Source of the DNA: an uncultured virus (IMG/VR IMGVR_UViG_2061766007_000680)
Lineage: Duplodnaviria > Heunggongvirae > Uroviricota > Caudoviricetes
Length of the DNA stretch: 33,617 nucleotides
Strand: one strand, 5' to 3'
Virus record (IMG/VR): IMGVR_UViG_2061766007_000680
Position numbers and translations under genes: made by a program. Under the pieces are notes generated by a model. The model was not told where the DNA came from. It was given only the letters and a program-made list of their open reading frames with translations, and did no database searches. Shown piece by piece: positions 8,268 through 17,719 of the stretch. The number at the start of each line of letters is the position of its first letter. Position 1 is the stretch's first letter.

Positions 8268-9035
8268 TTACCAACTCATTATGTTGTACACTACCTCTCC
8301 GTCTTTCCAATCTTCGAGGAGTTTCGTGAACTGCGCTTTGCAGTCTGCAATGTCCCCAAAGTAGTAGGCGTTGTAGTCTGTGCTACCGAAGAAGAAGCCT
8401 GCTTGTGTCGGCAGCAACTCTTCCGCCAAGTCTACCAATTCCTGCGGTATGGCAGCGTTCTCCTTATCTACACGCTCACGCTCTTTTTGCTGCTCCTCTT
8501 GCGTGAGGTCATAGAAATTGCTCTTGCAGTAGTACTTATCGTATGGACGACCGCTCTCGTCAAGTACACCTGCCTCCTTAGCAGCAGCCTCGATTTGCGT
8601 GCAGATATCTACCAATTCCTGCACCTTATCTTTGCTCACGATGCAGCACTCGTCTACGAGGTCATCAGCGAAGAAGCGATAGACGAAGTTAACCTTACGG
8701 AAGTATACATCGCTCTGCTTGTACATACTCTTTTTTAGGCGTTGGATTTCGTCCAATATGTCGCAGTTGAATGTCTCAGGTACGAGTTTTTCCCAATACC
8801 ATTTGTAATCAGGCATAAGGCTCTTCACGTACTCCCTGAGTTCGTTGATTACTGCTGCACGCTCCTCTGCGTTCTCGTCAGCAATTGCCTGCTTGATACG
8901 CTTAGCAAACTTGTTAGCCACTTTCGTGAATGCTTTCTTGAATTGCATTTCACGGTCTTTTTCCAACTCATCTACTGAGTTTGGATTTACACCTTTACTA
9001 GGTTTTACCTTGTCGAAGTAAATATCTAAGCCGAT
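8268..9035 (-). CDS. conserved phage hypothetical protein (MGLD.../GFFFGS family), probable ATC start
   Basis: Frame continues upstream of the track start to ATC-GGC-TTA-GAT-ATT-TAC-TTC (xGLDIYF); motifs FRKVN, LLPTQAGFFFGSTDY, terminal SW. Confidence 0.8.
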   Translation of the reverse strand: MGLDIYFDKVKPSKGVNPNSVDELEKDREMQFKKAFTKVANKFAKRIKQAIADENAEERAAVINELREYVKSLMPDYKWYWEKLVPETFNCDILDEIQRLKKSMYKQSDVYFRKVNFVYRFFADDLVDECCIVSKDKVQELVDICTQIEAAAKEAGVLDESGRPYDKYYCKSNFYDLTQEEQQKERERVDKENAAIPQELVDLAEELLPTQAGFFFGSTDYNAYYFGDIADCKAQFTKLLEDWKDGEVVYNIMSW

Positions 9036-9181
9036 AATTGTATCACGTTGTTTTCAACGTGCCTCCGTTTTTAATAGTTAATAAATATGTTATTTTGAAT
9101 TACAATGCAAAATTAATACAATTTTTTGATATATACAAATTTTTGGGCATTTTTTTTATTTTTTTCCTTATTATTATATAT

Positions 9182-9203
9182 TATAGACCCAAACGAGTAC
9201 CTA
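9182..9203. repeat. 22-bp palindromic motif, copy 4
   Basis: TATAGACCCAAACGAGTACCTA, 1 nt past the stop of 9205..9876. Confidence 0.8.
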
Positions 9204-9204
9204 A

Positions 9205-9876
9205 TTAGTGGTTAGGTTCGTTCTCCCATTTATCAATCAGGCTGTCCCAATCTGTCAGGTTAAATTCGTCATCTCGATAACAGGTGTTGCCTAAGAAGCC
9301 AAACAGGTTCTTCTCGAACACAGCGTCATCAATGTCTGTATCGTCGCCGTCCTGTTCGATACGGAACTTTGCTGCTTCAACGAATTTCTTTGCGAGGAAA
9401 TAGTCCAACTCCTCCTCAATATCCATTTCATTGAGATAGCTATCTACACCCTGCCAATCTACAATCTCCAATGCTGCATCTGTAATGTGGTCGATGAACT
9501 CATAATATAAGTCCAGCATTGCCTGGCTGTTCAAAATTACTTTTGTGCCGAAGCAGCCGAACTCATAGTTTTCAATATGACCTTTTACACAACTGCGTGC
9601 GCTGTCCCACGTTTCTACATATCCCCAATCAATCATTTTAGAGATAGTGTCTATAGTGATAATCAAATTTCCCTCCTTGTCTTTGATGAGTGTTTTGTCC
9701 TCACCAAGAAGGAAATTATTACCAAACGCACTCTCTGTAATATAACAGATACCTTTACGTTCCTTTATGGCTTTTTCGCTTTTATAGCAATAGCCATTGT
9801 TGGTAGAACCTGCCGAGAATACTGCTCCGCCCTCTATCGGGGTGCGAGAACCAACTTCGTAATACTTCTCGTCCAT
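9205..9876 (-). CDS. hypothetical acidic protein
   Basis: 223-aa ORF. Confidence 0.85.
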   Translation of the reverse strand: MDEKYYEVGSRTPIEGGAVFSAGSTNNGYCYKSEKAIKERKGICYITESAFGNNFLLGEDKTLIKDKEGNLIITIDTISKMIDWGYVETWDSARSCVKGHIENYEFGCFGTKVILNSQAMLDLYYEFIDHITDAALEIVDWQGVDSYLNEMDIEEELDYFLAKKFVEAAKFRIEQDGDDTDIDDAVFEKNLFGFLGNTCYRDDEFNLTDWDSLIDKWENEPNH

Positions 9877-9887
9877 AGTTTTTTTTA

Positions 9888-10058
9888 TTATTTTACCATT
9901 ATACCTAATTCAACGTGCTTGTCGTGGTCTTGCCACACGTTAACGCCTTTGTTGAAACCATATTTAATATGGTAATTGATTGCGTTACGCATTACACGTA
10001 AAAGCGTTTTGTCGTCCACTCTGCCCCAATTGGCAATGTCAATAGTGATTTGTGTCAT
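9888..10058 (-). CDS. small hypothetical protein (56 aa)
   Basis: Restarted at MTQITIDI; ATGA overlap with the upstream gene. Confidence 0.75.
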   Translation of the reverse strand: MTQITIDIANWGRVDDKTLLRVMRNAINYHIKYGFNKGVNVWQDHDKHVELGIMVK

Positions 10059-10207
10059 ACCAAGTCCTCCTCTACAAAGATTGCACATTTCTCAATCTGA
10101 GCCAACTCATTGGCTACAACTGCTGCTTGCGCTGCGCTAAGATTGCATTTTACAATTATAGGTGTTTCCCCTAATCGTTTAAGTGTTACGTGATACGTTC
10201 GTTTCAT
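10055..10207 (-). CDS. small hypothetical protein (50 aa)
   Basis: Restarted at MKRTYHV, downstream of promoter 10234. Confidence 0.75.
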   Translation of the reverse strand: MKRTYHVTLKRLGETPIIVKCNLSAAQAAVVANELAQIEKCAIFVEEDLV

Positions 10208-10364
10208 ATAGTTAGTTGTTTTTGAATTACGTTGCAAAGATAGTAAAAAAAAACCATACATACAAATTTTAGGGCAAAAAAATGTAAATTATTTTTAGTG
10301 AGTGATATATAGTCAAATAAAATAAAATTTATGGTTTATACAAATTTTGAGGAAATAAAAACAC

Positions 10365-10397
10365 AAAAAAACACGAGCAGCATTTCTGCCACCCGTG
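10365..10397 (-). terminator. intrinsic terminator (GGCAGAAATGC family)
   Basis: CACGAGCAGCATTTCTGCCACCCGTG plus A7. Confidence 0.8.
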
Positions 10398-10427
10398 CCA
10401 ACTAAACTATAAACTATGAACAAAACC

Positions 10428-10653
10428 CTACCAATTCAATGGAAACCAATAAAAGTTCTCCGTGTCGATACCGTCCTCGTTGAGATACCTAAATCAAGTC
10501 TCTACGGTATAAATCTCCGTTATGAACTAACACTCGTTAATCATCTTCATCTTCGCACTCTATTTCAGGATACCAATTATCCATATCTTCCTCGTTCAGT
10601 CTTGTAGTTCCATACTCAAAAACCTCACGTTCAAAATAAGAAAAATTTGCCAT
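10428..10653 (-). pseudogene. probable degraded gene (38-aa ORF 10537..10653 plus coding-like remnant)
   Basis: MANFSYFEREVF...CEDEDD*RVLVHNGDLYRRDLI, then a one-base shift to RYLNEDGIDTENFYWFPLNW*. Confidence 0.45.
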
Positions 10654-10654
10654 A

Positions 10655-10921
10655 TTACAAAACCTCTTTTTCTTCTATTTTCCAATCAATGTGATTGTAA
10701 AGATATTCACCCATTTCGTAAATAGACTTTGTGTTTTCCTCATCACATTCCGTCATAAGTCTGTCTGGGTCGCACCATTGTTCCCAATCGTTAAGTTCGG
10801 CAATAAACTCTGTTGCCATTGTTTTCTTTGCCTTTTCGAGGCTACCAAAAACTCTAACGTCTTCTGCGTTCTCTCCGCGTGTTGCACTTGTACGCAACAA
10901 TGTATAAACTTTTTTAGCCAT
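10655..10921 (-). CDS. hypothetical protein
   Basis: 88 aa behind promoter 10947. Confidence 0.85.
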   Translation of the reverse strand: MAKKVYTLLRTSATRGENAEDVRVFGSLEKAKKTMATEFIAELNDWEQWCDPDRLMTECDEENTKSIYEMGEYLYNHIDWKIEEKEVL

Positions 10922-10955
10922 AGTAGTATTTGTTTTTAATTGTACTGCAAAGATA

Positions 10956-11672
10956 CTATAAATTATCTATATATAAAAATTTTGGGGGAATAAAATGGCG
11001 GGTNNNNNNNNNNNNNNNNNNNNNNNNNNNNNNNNNNNNNNNNNNNNTTTCGTTTAATGTTTCATTAAGAAAATGGTCAAAGTTATCTTTGTATTTTTCC
11101 GATTTGTGTTTTGTTTCATTTATGATATTATTGAAACTACTGCAACTTTCATTGAAATAGTCATAAGGAATACTAAACTTATTATTTTTGTCAATAATAG
11201 TGTAAAAGTCAGTATCATCTTTCTTATTTTCGTAATAGTCTTTTCTTTCGATAAAAGCATAATCATTTTGATTAAATTCATAATAGTCAAAATGTACCAC
11301 ACCATTGTCTTTTATACCATAAATAAAACTTTCTTGTTGAAAAAGTTTAGCAATATGTTTTACCTCATCAAGCAAGATATTAAATATAATCTTACTATTT
11401 TCGGTATTTCCATATTTTCCTCTTACTGGTTGCCAAGCATAATTACCTTGTTTAAGATAATTAACAAGATTTTTGTTAGCAGTACGATTTTGGTTATTGC
11501 TACCCATTTCACCCATTGGGTTTTCACCTGTAATAATGCAAAATGTCTTTACATTATCTTCAACCCCCCTTATACTATTGATAGCACTTTGCTTTAATTG
11601 TCCTTTTTTGTTGCGAGAAATCTCGTCAAGTCTATTCATTAAATCTAATCCTTTCTCTAATTGTTCGTTCAT
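10956..11672 (-). CDS. DUF3293-like phage protein; true C-terminus hidden by N gap
   Basis: Motifs FCIITGENPMG, VRGKYGNTENS, IAKLFQQESFIYG. Confidence 0.7.
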   Translation of the reverse strand: MNEQLEKGLDLMNRLDEISRNKKGQLKQSAINSIRGVEDNVKTFCIITGENPMGEMGSNNQNRTANKNLVNYLKQGNYAWQPVRGKYGNTENSKIIFNILLDEVKHIAKLFQQESFIYGIKDNGVVHFDYYEFNQNDYAFIERKDYYENKKDDTDFYTIIDKNNKFSIPYDYFNESCSSFNNIINETKHKSEKYKDNFDHFLNETLNEXXXXXXXXXXXXXXXTRHFIPPKFLYIDNL

Positions 11673-11836
11673 AATCTTATTTAGTTTTTAATATATAAAT
11701 ACTTGAAAACTTTGTGCAAAGATAAAAGTTTTTCTACAAATATACAAATTTTAGGGAAAAAATCATTCATCATACTCGAAAATTTTTATATTCCGATTTT
11801 TTTCTTTTATTTGTGCATATAGAGATGAGGAGGACG

Positions 11837-11867
11837 AAAAAAAACAGGCGGCATCTCTGCCACCTGT
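11837..11867 (-). terminator. intrinsic terminator (GGCAGAGATGC family)
   Basis: ACAGGCGGCATCTCTGCCACCTGT plus A run. Confidence 0.85.
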
Positions 11868-11886
11868 CCCAACTAAAAACCAACTA

Positions 11887-12087
11887 TTATGAAACCAAGT
11901 CCAACTCTACAAGTCTGTTAAAGACCATATCGTAGAACTTTTCGATATATTCTTGGTCGTCAATGTCTTCATTGTTGAAGATATTTTCCAACTGCTCTTT
12001 ATCATCTTCGGTAAGGCACTCACCATACTTTGCGTCAACCTCAATCGGGTCAAGTTCGTAAAAATCTTGTTTACTAATCTTTTTCAT
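11887..12087 (-). CDS. small acidic hypothetical protein
   Basis: Restarted at MKKISKQDF (66 aa). Confidence 0.75.
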   Translation of the reverse strand: MKKISKQDFYELDPIEVDAKYGECLTEDDKEQLENIFNNEDIDDQEYIEKFYDMVFNRLVELDLVS

Positions 12088-12265
12088 TGTCGTAATAATT
12101 TGGTTCAACCTCTAAAATTTCTGCGGTTTTCCATACACACCGCGTAGGATAATTGTGGTTTCTCGCCCACCTCTCCGCTTGTCCTCTGGTGTCAAAGATT
12201 GCGTTTTTAATGGCTTCCATTTCTTTTGGATAGAAGACATTTACATATATTCCCCACTTTTTCAT
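12074..12265 (-). CDS. small hypothetical protein
   Basis: 63 aa. Confidence 0.75.
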   Translation of the reverse strand: MKKWGIYVNVFYPKEMEAIKNAIFDTRGQAERWARNHNYPTRCVWKTAEILEVEPNYYDNEKD

Positions 12266-12286
12266 AGCAACCTTATTTTTTAAATT

Positions 12287-12430
12287 TTAAAGTTTTATTT
12301 CGTCAATTAAACAACCGCACTCATCAAAGTATTGTATTGCTGATTTACTCTCATCAAATACAATTTGTTCTCCGTGAGTGAAAGTATCGAGCCACTCGTT
12401 TATTTTTTGTTTTGTGTTAGTTGATAACAT
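12287..12430 (-). CDS. small hypothetical protein (47 aa)
   Basis: MLSTNTKQKINEWLDTFTHGEQIVFDESKSAIQYFDECGCLIDEIKL*. Confidence 0.65.
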   Translation of the reverse strand: MLSTNTKQKINEWLDTFTHGEQIVFDESKSAIQYFDECGCLIDEIKL

Positions 12431-12440
12431 ATCCGTATAT

Positions 12441-12836
12441 TTATTTTAGATATTGTTCGATACACTCACATACACTTGTCAGCGTTGCGTTTTGCAAAGT
12501 GTAACCACCGAATACCCACTCCCAAGTATCAAGGTCGAGCAGTTGTTCATTGGTACTACCTTTAATAGTTTCACCGCTTGCATAAGCAGGTAATACAGCA
12601 ACTTGATTTTCTCCAAACAATGCTACCGCTAATACACGTTTCTCTGTGTTCGGCTCGTCATCTCCGTCCATACTAATCGTATAGATAGTATCACAAGACG
12701 GCTTTCCATTGAGTTGGCGTTCATTGTTGTCGGTACGAATAATACCGCCATTTGCTTTCAGTACCTCTACAACTGCTGCGTGCATTTTTTCGTTGAGGTC
12801 TGTTACCTGTTTTACTAAATCAGTCAGTTTGCTCAT
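12441..12836 (-). CDS. hypothetical protein
   Basis: 131 aa behind promoter 12862. Confidence 0.85.
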   Translation of the reverse strand: MSKLTDLVKQVTDLNEKMHAAVVEVLKANGGIIRTDNNERQLNGKPSCDTIYTISMDGDDEPNTEKRVLAVALFGENQVAVLPAYASGETIKGSTNEQLLDLDTWEWVFGGYTLQNATLTSVCECIEQYLK

Positions 12837-12909
12837 AGTGATAATGTTTTTGATTTCTGCTACAAAAGTACTACAATTATTTCATATATAAAAATTTTGG
12901 AGAATAAAA

Positions 12910-13083
12910 TTATTCGGTTGTTATATCAGTTGTTTGATACTGAATGTTACAATCGTGGAAATTAGAATAAGCAGCCATTTCCCCAATAATGCCCTCAAAA
13001 GCATTTTTTTGAGAAACATTCACAATGCAGGACGCTATCTTGCGATTGTTCTTGTAGAACGTATATTTTACTTTTTTTCTCAT
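12910..13083 (-). CDS. small hypothetical protein (57 aa)
   Basis: MRKKVKYTFYKNNRKIASCIV...TTE*; ATGA overlap with 13080..13430. Confidence 0.7.
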   Translation of the reverse strand: MRKKVKYTFYKNNRKIASCIVNVSQKNAFEGIIGEMAAYSNFHDCNIQYQTTDITTE

Positions 13084-13430
13084 AAACCTAACTCAAAACG
13101 ATAGTAGTTTTCATCGCTATTCGGCATATAGAACGGATAGTTACCGATTATAGTGCGGTGTTCGTAACAAACAACCTCGCCAATCTTTTTACTGATACGC
13201 GGTGCAATTTTATAGATAATACTACCCTCACTTTCAGTTTCGCCATTGCCGTTCTCACTCATATCGAGTGTAACAATGTCATCGTAACCGATAAATCCGT
13301 CTTCCGCCTTACCATTGATAAGAGCAATTCTACCAAAGCCCATAAGGTCGGGGCTGTTATAGTCGCAGTTGAAAATTCGCTCTCCAATTCGGAAGAATCG
13401 GTGCTTTATTTTTATATCTTTCTTTGCCAT
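13080..13430 (-). CDS. hypothetical protein
   Basis: 116 aa. Confidence 0.85.
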   Translation of the reverse strand: MAKKDIKIKHRFFRIGERIFNCDYNSPDLMGFGRIALINGKAEDGFIGYDDIVTLDMSENGNGETESEGSIIYKIAPRISKKIGEVVCYEHRTIIGNYPFYMPNSDENYYRFELGL

Positions 13431-13437
13431 AGTTGTA

Positions 13438-13608
13438 TTATTTTATGCCATTATCTTTCAATACTTTGTGCATATACGCGGTTTTAAGTTCCATACGAAC
13501 TTGCTCTCCGTTAATCACTTTCATCACGTGCCACACCTTTTTCTTGCTATCCCAAATGATAGAGTCAGTTTGCCCATTATTTGCTAATATAAATTCTTTC
13601 TTTGTCAT
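13438..13608 (-). CDS. small hypothetical protein (56 aa)
   Basis: MTKKEFILANNGQTDSIIWDSKKKVWHVMKV...NGIK*. Confidence 0.7.
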   Translation of the reverse strand: MTKKEFILANNGQTDSIIWDSKKKVWHVMKVINGEQVRMELKTAYMHKVLKDNGIK

Positions 13609-13626
13609 AGTTGTATCTTCTTTCTT

Positions 13627-13923
13627 TTAGAGTTCGTCAAACAAATCGTTATAGTCAACGATTACAAAATCTTCTCCGTTGTTTGGGTCGCATAGTTCAA
13701 TTAACTCGTCAAAACTTTGTGCATAGAATAAAATCTCATCGTCATTGGAAAAATTCTCGGTGTCAACACCTTTCTCGTTTTCGTCAAGAATACGAATAAC
13801 TTGGTTTTCGCTTTCACTCTCTCCGTCAAAGCGGACAACGACATCTGCATACTTTGGTTCTACTCCGTGCTGCGCTACATATTGTTCACGAGCATTGGTC
13901 AGTTGTTCTTGTACTTTGTTCAT
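13627..13923 (-). CDS. hypothetical acidic protein
   Basis: Restarted at MNKVQEQL behind promoter 13950. Confidence 0.85.
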   Translation of the reverse strand: MNKVQEQLTNAREQYVAQHGVEPKYADVVVRFDGESESENQVIRILDENEKGVDTENFSNDDEILFYAQSFDELIELCDPNNGEDFVIVDYNDLFDEL

Positions 13924-14010
13924 ATAGTTAGTTATTTTTGAATTACAATGCAAAAGTAGTAAAAATAATTTAATTGTACAAATTTTAAGGGATAAAAATG
14001 TGATTTATTT

Positions 14011-14742
14011 TTAGTGTGGGTAAACAGCCGTTTTGCTACCTCTCCGCATACACTTTCGGCACATTGCACAAGTAACACCTGTTTCGTGCCCATTTTTGTC
14101 TATAGCAGGACAATGTGCAAAGGGCGAATTTTTTTCCTCATCGTATTCGAAAATGTTGCATTTTGCAAAACACTCATCTTTCAAATACTCATCAAGGTTG
14201 TCTTTCCACATTGAAAGATTGATAATAAAGTTTTGGGGAACACTATCGCCATTTGCGGACAACTCATCAAACCATTGTTTCAAAAGGTCAAAAGCCTTTG
14301 TATAAATATAGAAAACAATTTCTTCATTATCTTTGCAGATTTGCGCATATAGTTTTAACTGCTCGATACTCTCCAACTCGCCAGACGTGTGAAATCGGAA
14401 ATAACGTACAATGTTTTTCTTGCAGTATTCGTTTATCTCCGCACGCAGTTTCTGCGGGTCATTACGCAGAATTACGGTGTTTTTTGCGTAAGCAGGTATT
14501 ACGCTATTGTGGTGTTGAACTGAAAAACGCACAGCATAGCACTTGTTTTTGCACAACTCACAAAGACTACCGCACGTACCTACTATATTAGTAAGCATAC
14601 GACCGCTTTTGAGTGTCAAAGGCTCATTGCCTGCTAAAGTGTTGAACCCTGGAATGTTACCGAGTTTTTGATTACCTTTGGAAATTGAAACGTGAAGATT
14701 ACCCTCATCGTAAATCGGATAAATTGGATTTTTCTTGTTCAT
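14011..14742 (-). CDS. phage Gene-product-88 (GP88)-like Cys-rich, radical-SAM-like protein
   Basis: SKGNQKLG, CGSLCELCKNKCYA, YFRFHTSGE, FYIYTK, CPA...TCAMCRKC, terminal H; restarted at MNKKNP. Confidence 0.8.
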   Translation of the reverse strand: MNKKNPIYPIYDEGNLHVSISKGNQKLGNIPGFNTLAGNEPLTLKSGRMLTNIVGTCGSLCELCKNKCYAVRFSVQHHNSVIPAYAKNTVILRNDPQKLRAEINEYCKKNIVRYFRFHTSGELESIEQLKLYAQICKDNEEIVFYIYTKAFDLLKQWFDELSANGDSVPQNFIINLSMWKDNLDEYLKDECFAKCNIFEYDEEKNSPFAHCPAIDKNGHETGVTCAMCRKCMRRGSKTAVYPH

Positions 14743-14888
14743 ATAATTAGTTGTTTTAGTTTTACTGCACAAAAGTACTACAATTATTTGGCTTATACAA
14801 ATTTTGGAGATAAAAAACAATTTATTTCCTTAAAATTTTTATATACCAGATTTTTTCTTTTATTTGTCTATATAGAACCGAATTGTAT

Positions 14889-14921
14889 AAAAAAATACGG
14901 GCAGCATTTCTGCCACCCGCA
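14889..14921 (-). terminator. intrinsic terminator (GGCAGAAATGC family)
   Basis: TACGGGCAGCATTTCTGCCACCCGCA plus A7. Confidence 0.85.
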
Positions 14922-14941
14922 CCAAAACACATTACTAACCA

Positions 14942-15109
14942 TTACTTGAAAACATCTTTGATTGTGTCAGTAAAACTTTTTACCGCATTACCTACTTTCT
15001 CAACATTTTCTTTTGTTGCTGCTTTCTTGGCTTTCTGCTCAATGAGAGCATAAGTGCCCGTACTCGCAAGTACAATTCCGACTACAAGTCCTATCAAAAA
15101 TTGTTTCAT
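14942..15109 (-). CDS. small membrane-anchored protein (55 aa)
   Basis: MKQFLIGLVVGIVLASTGTYALIEQKAKKAATKENVEKVGNAVKSFTDTIKDVFK*. Confidence 0.75.
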   Translation of the reverse strand: MKQFLIGLVVGIVLASTGTYALIEQKAKKAATKENVEKVGNAVKSFTDTIKDVFK

Positions 15110-15123
15110 ATTCTCTCTTTTTT

Positions 15124-15282
15124 TTAATCGCAGTATAATTGAACTACATTTGTCCCGTCACTATCTTCCATTTTTACCGCGCGGTTGCAATTACCCCAAT
15201 CAGTTGTAATCAACTCAATAGGTAAATTAAGTGCGTTATTTTTTTTGCCCCAATCGTACAAATCTTGAATTGTCATTACCAT
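15124..15282 (-). CDS. small hypothetical protein (52 aa)
   Basis: MVMTIQDLYDWGKKNNALNLPIEL...VVQLYCD*. Confidence 0.7.
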   Translation of the reverse strand: MVMTIQDLYDWGKKNNALNLPIELITTDWGNCNRAVKMEDSDGTNVVQLYCD

Positions 15283-15296
15283 TTCTCTCCTTTCTT

Positions 15297-15872
15297 TTAG
15301 AACGCGTCTTCACCTTTCTCCAAAACATCTGCGAGGTCAAGCCAACCAGTGCAATACGATTTTTCAGTTTTCTCGTCCCAACCATAGAACGCAACCAACC
15401 AATTTTCGCCGTCAAAAAGGTATGCGTATTCCTCGCAAATTGCTTTGTCTGCTTTGAGTATTCCGTTCTTGTCGGTCATTTTCTCGCGGCGTTTCTCCCA
15501 CTTTTCTTTTTTGGCATTCCACTTTGAAATGGTTGCATAGTCGCCTAAGAAATGCGGCGGTGTTTTTTCGTTACGCCAACCTTGATACGAGGTGATAGTA
15601 TCGTTAATGCTACTCATATCACCCATAGTGAGCAGGTTAAGAATAGTATCGTAATCTTTGTAGTGCTCATTGAGAGTTGCGCCTAAACCGCTTGTGTAGC
15701 CGTCCCAATGGTGATAGATTTTAAGATACTTTGCGTTTTGTGGCACCTCGACATCTTTAATCGGGAACTCGCGTTCACCCTCTGGTTGCGGCAGTTTCGC
15801 GGGGTCAAACTTAATTGTTGTGCCTTTGGTTTCCTCTTTTAATTTGAGGTAAATGTTACTACGTGTACTCAT
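15297..15872 (-). CDS. conserved phage hypothetical protein (STRS...HWDGY family)
   Basis: MSTRSNI, IYHHWDGY, GDMSSI, EYAYLF motifs; restarted behind promoter 15909. Confidence 0.85.
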   Translation of the reverse strand: MSTRSNIYLKLKEETKGTTIKFDPAKLPQPEGEREFPIKDVEVPQNAKYLKIYHHWDGYTSGLGATLNEHYKDYDTILNLLTMGDMSSINDTITSYQGWRNEKTPPHFLGDYATISKWNAKKEKWEKRREKMTDKNGILKADKAICEEYAYLFDGENWLVAFYGWDEKTEKSYCTGWLDLADVLEKGEDAF

Positions 15873-15961
15873 AATGTTATTATTTTTTAGTTGTTTTTGA
15901 ATTACAATGCAAAGGTAATACATTTATACCAAATATAAAAATTTTGGGGAATAAAATGTAG

Positions 15962-16210
15962 TTACTCGATAATGTCATTGATAAGTAGGTCGTATGTTAT
16001 GCCGTCATAAATCTCGTCAAAATCTAACGGCTCAAAATCTTCAATGTAATTTTCTTGTCCGTCAGGGCAGGCGTGAATACCCAACTTGTCGGCATACTGC
16101 GCATAATAAAGTAGCCAACCATTTTCATCCCAAACGGAGGACACTTGAACGTTACCATTGAAAACAACGCGACCTGCTTTTGCCTTTTCAATCAATTCTT
16201 CTTTACTCAT
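15962..16210 (-). CDS. hypothetical protein
   Basis: 82 aa behind promoter 16270. Confidence 0.8.
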   Translation of the reverse strand: MSKEELIEKAKAGRVVFNGNVQVSSVWDENGWLLYYAQYADKLGIHACPDGQENYIEDFEPLDFDEIYDGITYDLLINDIIE

Positions 16211-16318
16211 AATAAGATAATTTTTAATTGTTATACATTGTTGCCGACAATGGTTCTTTCAATTACACTGCAAAGATACTGCTTTTGTTTTGAATATACA
16301 AATTTTGGAGAAAAAATT

Positions 16319-16660
16319 TTAAATAAAAAAACCACCAAACATTTGTACATATCTACCACAACAGGAGTTCAAGAATTCGTTTAACTCTGCATTCTCTTTC
16401 ATTTCTTGGATAGCAGCGCGGCGGTCTTCTTCGGACATATCCATAAATTCCATAAGCCGTCTGTTCCAATCTTCGAGTTGTTTGATTTTCTCCTTTAACT
16501 CTATATTCTCTTTTCCGAGTCTGCAACGTTCTCTGTCTGCTTCTGCATATTTCTCCCAATACTGAGATTTTAACTTTTTCAAGTTTTCTATCTCGTCATT
16601 GTGTTGCTTTGCTAATTGCCGTCGCAATTCCTCGCGTATTTGATTAGGCGTCTTTTTCAT
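16319..16660 (-). CDS. coiled-coil hypothetical protein
   Basis: 113 aa, E/K/R-rich heptads; ATGA overlap. Confidence 0.85.
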   Translation of the reverse strand: MKKTPNQIREELRRQLAKQHNDEIENLKKLKSQYWEKYAEADRERCRLGKENIELKEKIKQLEDWNRRLMEFMDMSEEDRRAAIQEMKENAELNEFLNSCCGRYVQMFGGFFI

Positions 16661-17148
16661 ACCTCATAAATGCGTTTATCTTCGCCACACTCATCCCACT
16701 CTGTCCAATACCAATCTACGTTGTCCATAATTTCCTCATTGATTATCTCTGCGCACTCATCTTCTGACAAGTCCTCGATTTTGCGCCCCTCGCCCTCATC
16801 TTCAAGATACTCAATAAGGTCGTTTTTATAGATTTTGTAGCGTTTGAACTCGTCCATAGTGATACCCTCACTTTTGGCAGCACACTCATCGCTACAAGCG
16901 TAGCCAGCGTCATTGAGATACCAACCCTCGCTCATAATTGCGCCACAAGTGCTACATACACGGCAGGTGTCCATATTAAGCCAATTGATAAGGATTTCCT
17001 CGCGTTCCTCGCGACCACCCTCTACAAGTGCTTTTTCAATACTCGGAAAAATAATAGGGAAAGATTTTTCACCTACAATGTCTTTCACTTTGATTTGTAA
17101 CTCTTTGTAAGAGATTTCAGACATAATGTCTTTAAGTTGCTTTGCCAT
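16657..17148 (-). CDS. hypothetical protein with putative Zn-binding Cys motifs
   Basis: RVCSTCG...MSEGW...ACSDEC, YWTEW. Confidence 0.85.
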   Translation of the reverse strand: MAKQLKDIMSEISYKELQIKVKDIVGEKSFPIIFPSIEKALVEGGREEREEILINWLNMDTCRVCSTCGAIMSEGWYLNDAGYACSDECAAKSEGITMDEFKRYKIYKNDLIEYLEDEGEGRKIEDLSEDECAEIINEEIMDNVDWYWTEWDECGEDKRIYEV

Positions 17149-17248
17149 AGTTGTATTTGTTTTTTAGTTGATTTCTGCTGCAAAGGTACTACAATTTTCT
17201 CACATATAAAAATTTTGGAGAATAAAATGCAGCACCTTTACAATTTTT

Positions 17249-17530
17249 TTAAGTCCAAGCGTAGAAAAAACCACCACGTTCCATTGCAAAACCAATGTTT
17301 GTGTATTTGCGGTTAAATAGATTTTTCTCTGTCAATACTTGTACGGTAGCGTCAAAATCATTGTATATGTGGATTTTGTAGTTACCGTCTTTGTCTAACT
17401 TATCTGCATAAGTCAGAGTTTTCCAAGAACGAGCACCGCCCCAAAGTTGCACAAAAAACTCGCTTGCACCTTTGTCGAGGATTTTTCGCAGTTCCTCGAT
17501 TGTTCTTACTTGCTTAAATTCTTTTGCCAT
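17249..17530 (-). CDS. hypothetical protein
   Basis: 93 aa. Confidence 0.85.
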   Translation of the reverse strand: MAKEFKQVRTIEELRKILDKGASEFFVQLWGGARSWKTLTYADKLDKDGNYKIHIYNDFDATVQVLTEKNLFNRKYTNIGFAMERGGFFYAWT

Positions 17531-17535
17531 AGCCG

Positions 17536-17700
17536 TTATTGTTTTTCGTAATAAGAGCCGTCTTCGATACTATCTACCCAATTCTTTTCGATGAAATATG
17601 CGGCGTCATCGGTTGGCGTTGCTACCATTTCAAAGTCTTCAAACTCTTCGTACTTTTGGCACTCTGGGAAAGGTACGTAGTAATACTCATAGTATTTCAT
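17536..17700 (-). CDS. small hypothetical protein (54 aa)
   Basis: MKYYEYYYVPFPECQKYEEFEDFEMVATPTDDAAYFIEKNWVDSIEDGSYYEKQ*. Confidence 0.75.
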   Translation of the reverse strand: MKYYEYYYVPFPECQKYEEFEDFEMVATPTDDAAYFIEKNWVDSIEDGSYYEKQ

Positions 17701-17719
17701 ATTGCTATTTATTTATGAT

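Noticed and set aside
10956..11047. C-terminal extension TRHFIPPKFLYIDNL of the DUF3293-like protein
   Set aside because: It lies beyond a gap of uncertain length and translates promoter 10947; the real stop is probably in the gap
11694..11701. TATTTATA/TATAAATA late-promoter-like octamer here and at 2513-2520
   Set aside because: Only a couple of instances in very AT-rich DNA, and oriented opposite to the T4 late consensus relative to the gene; cannot be distinguished from chance
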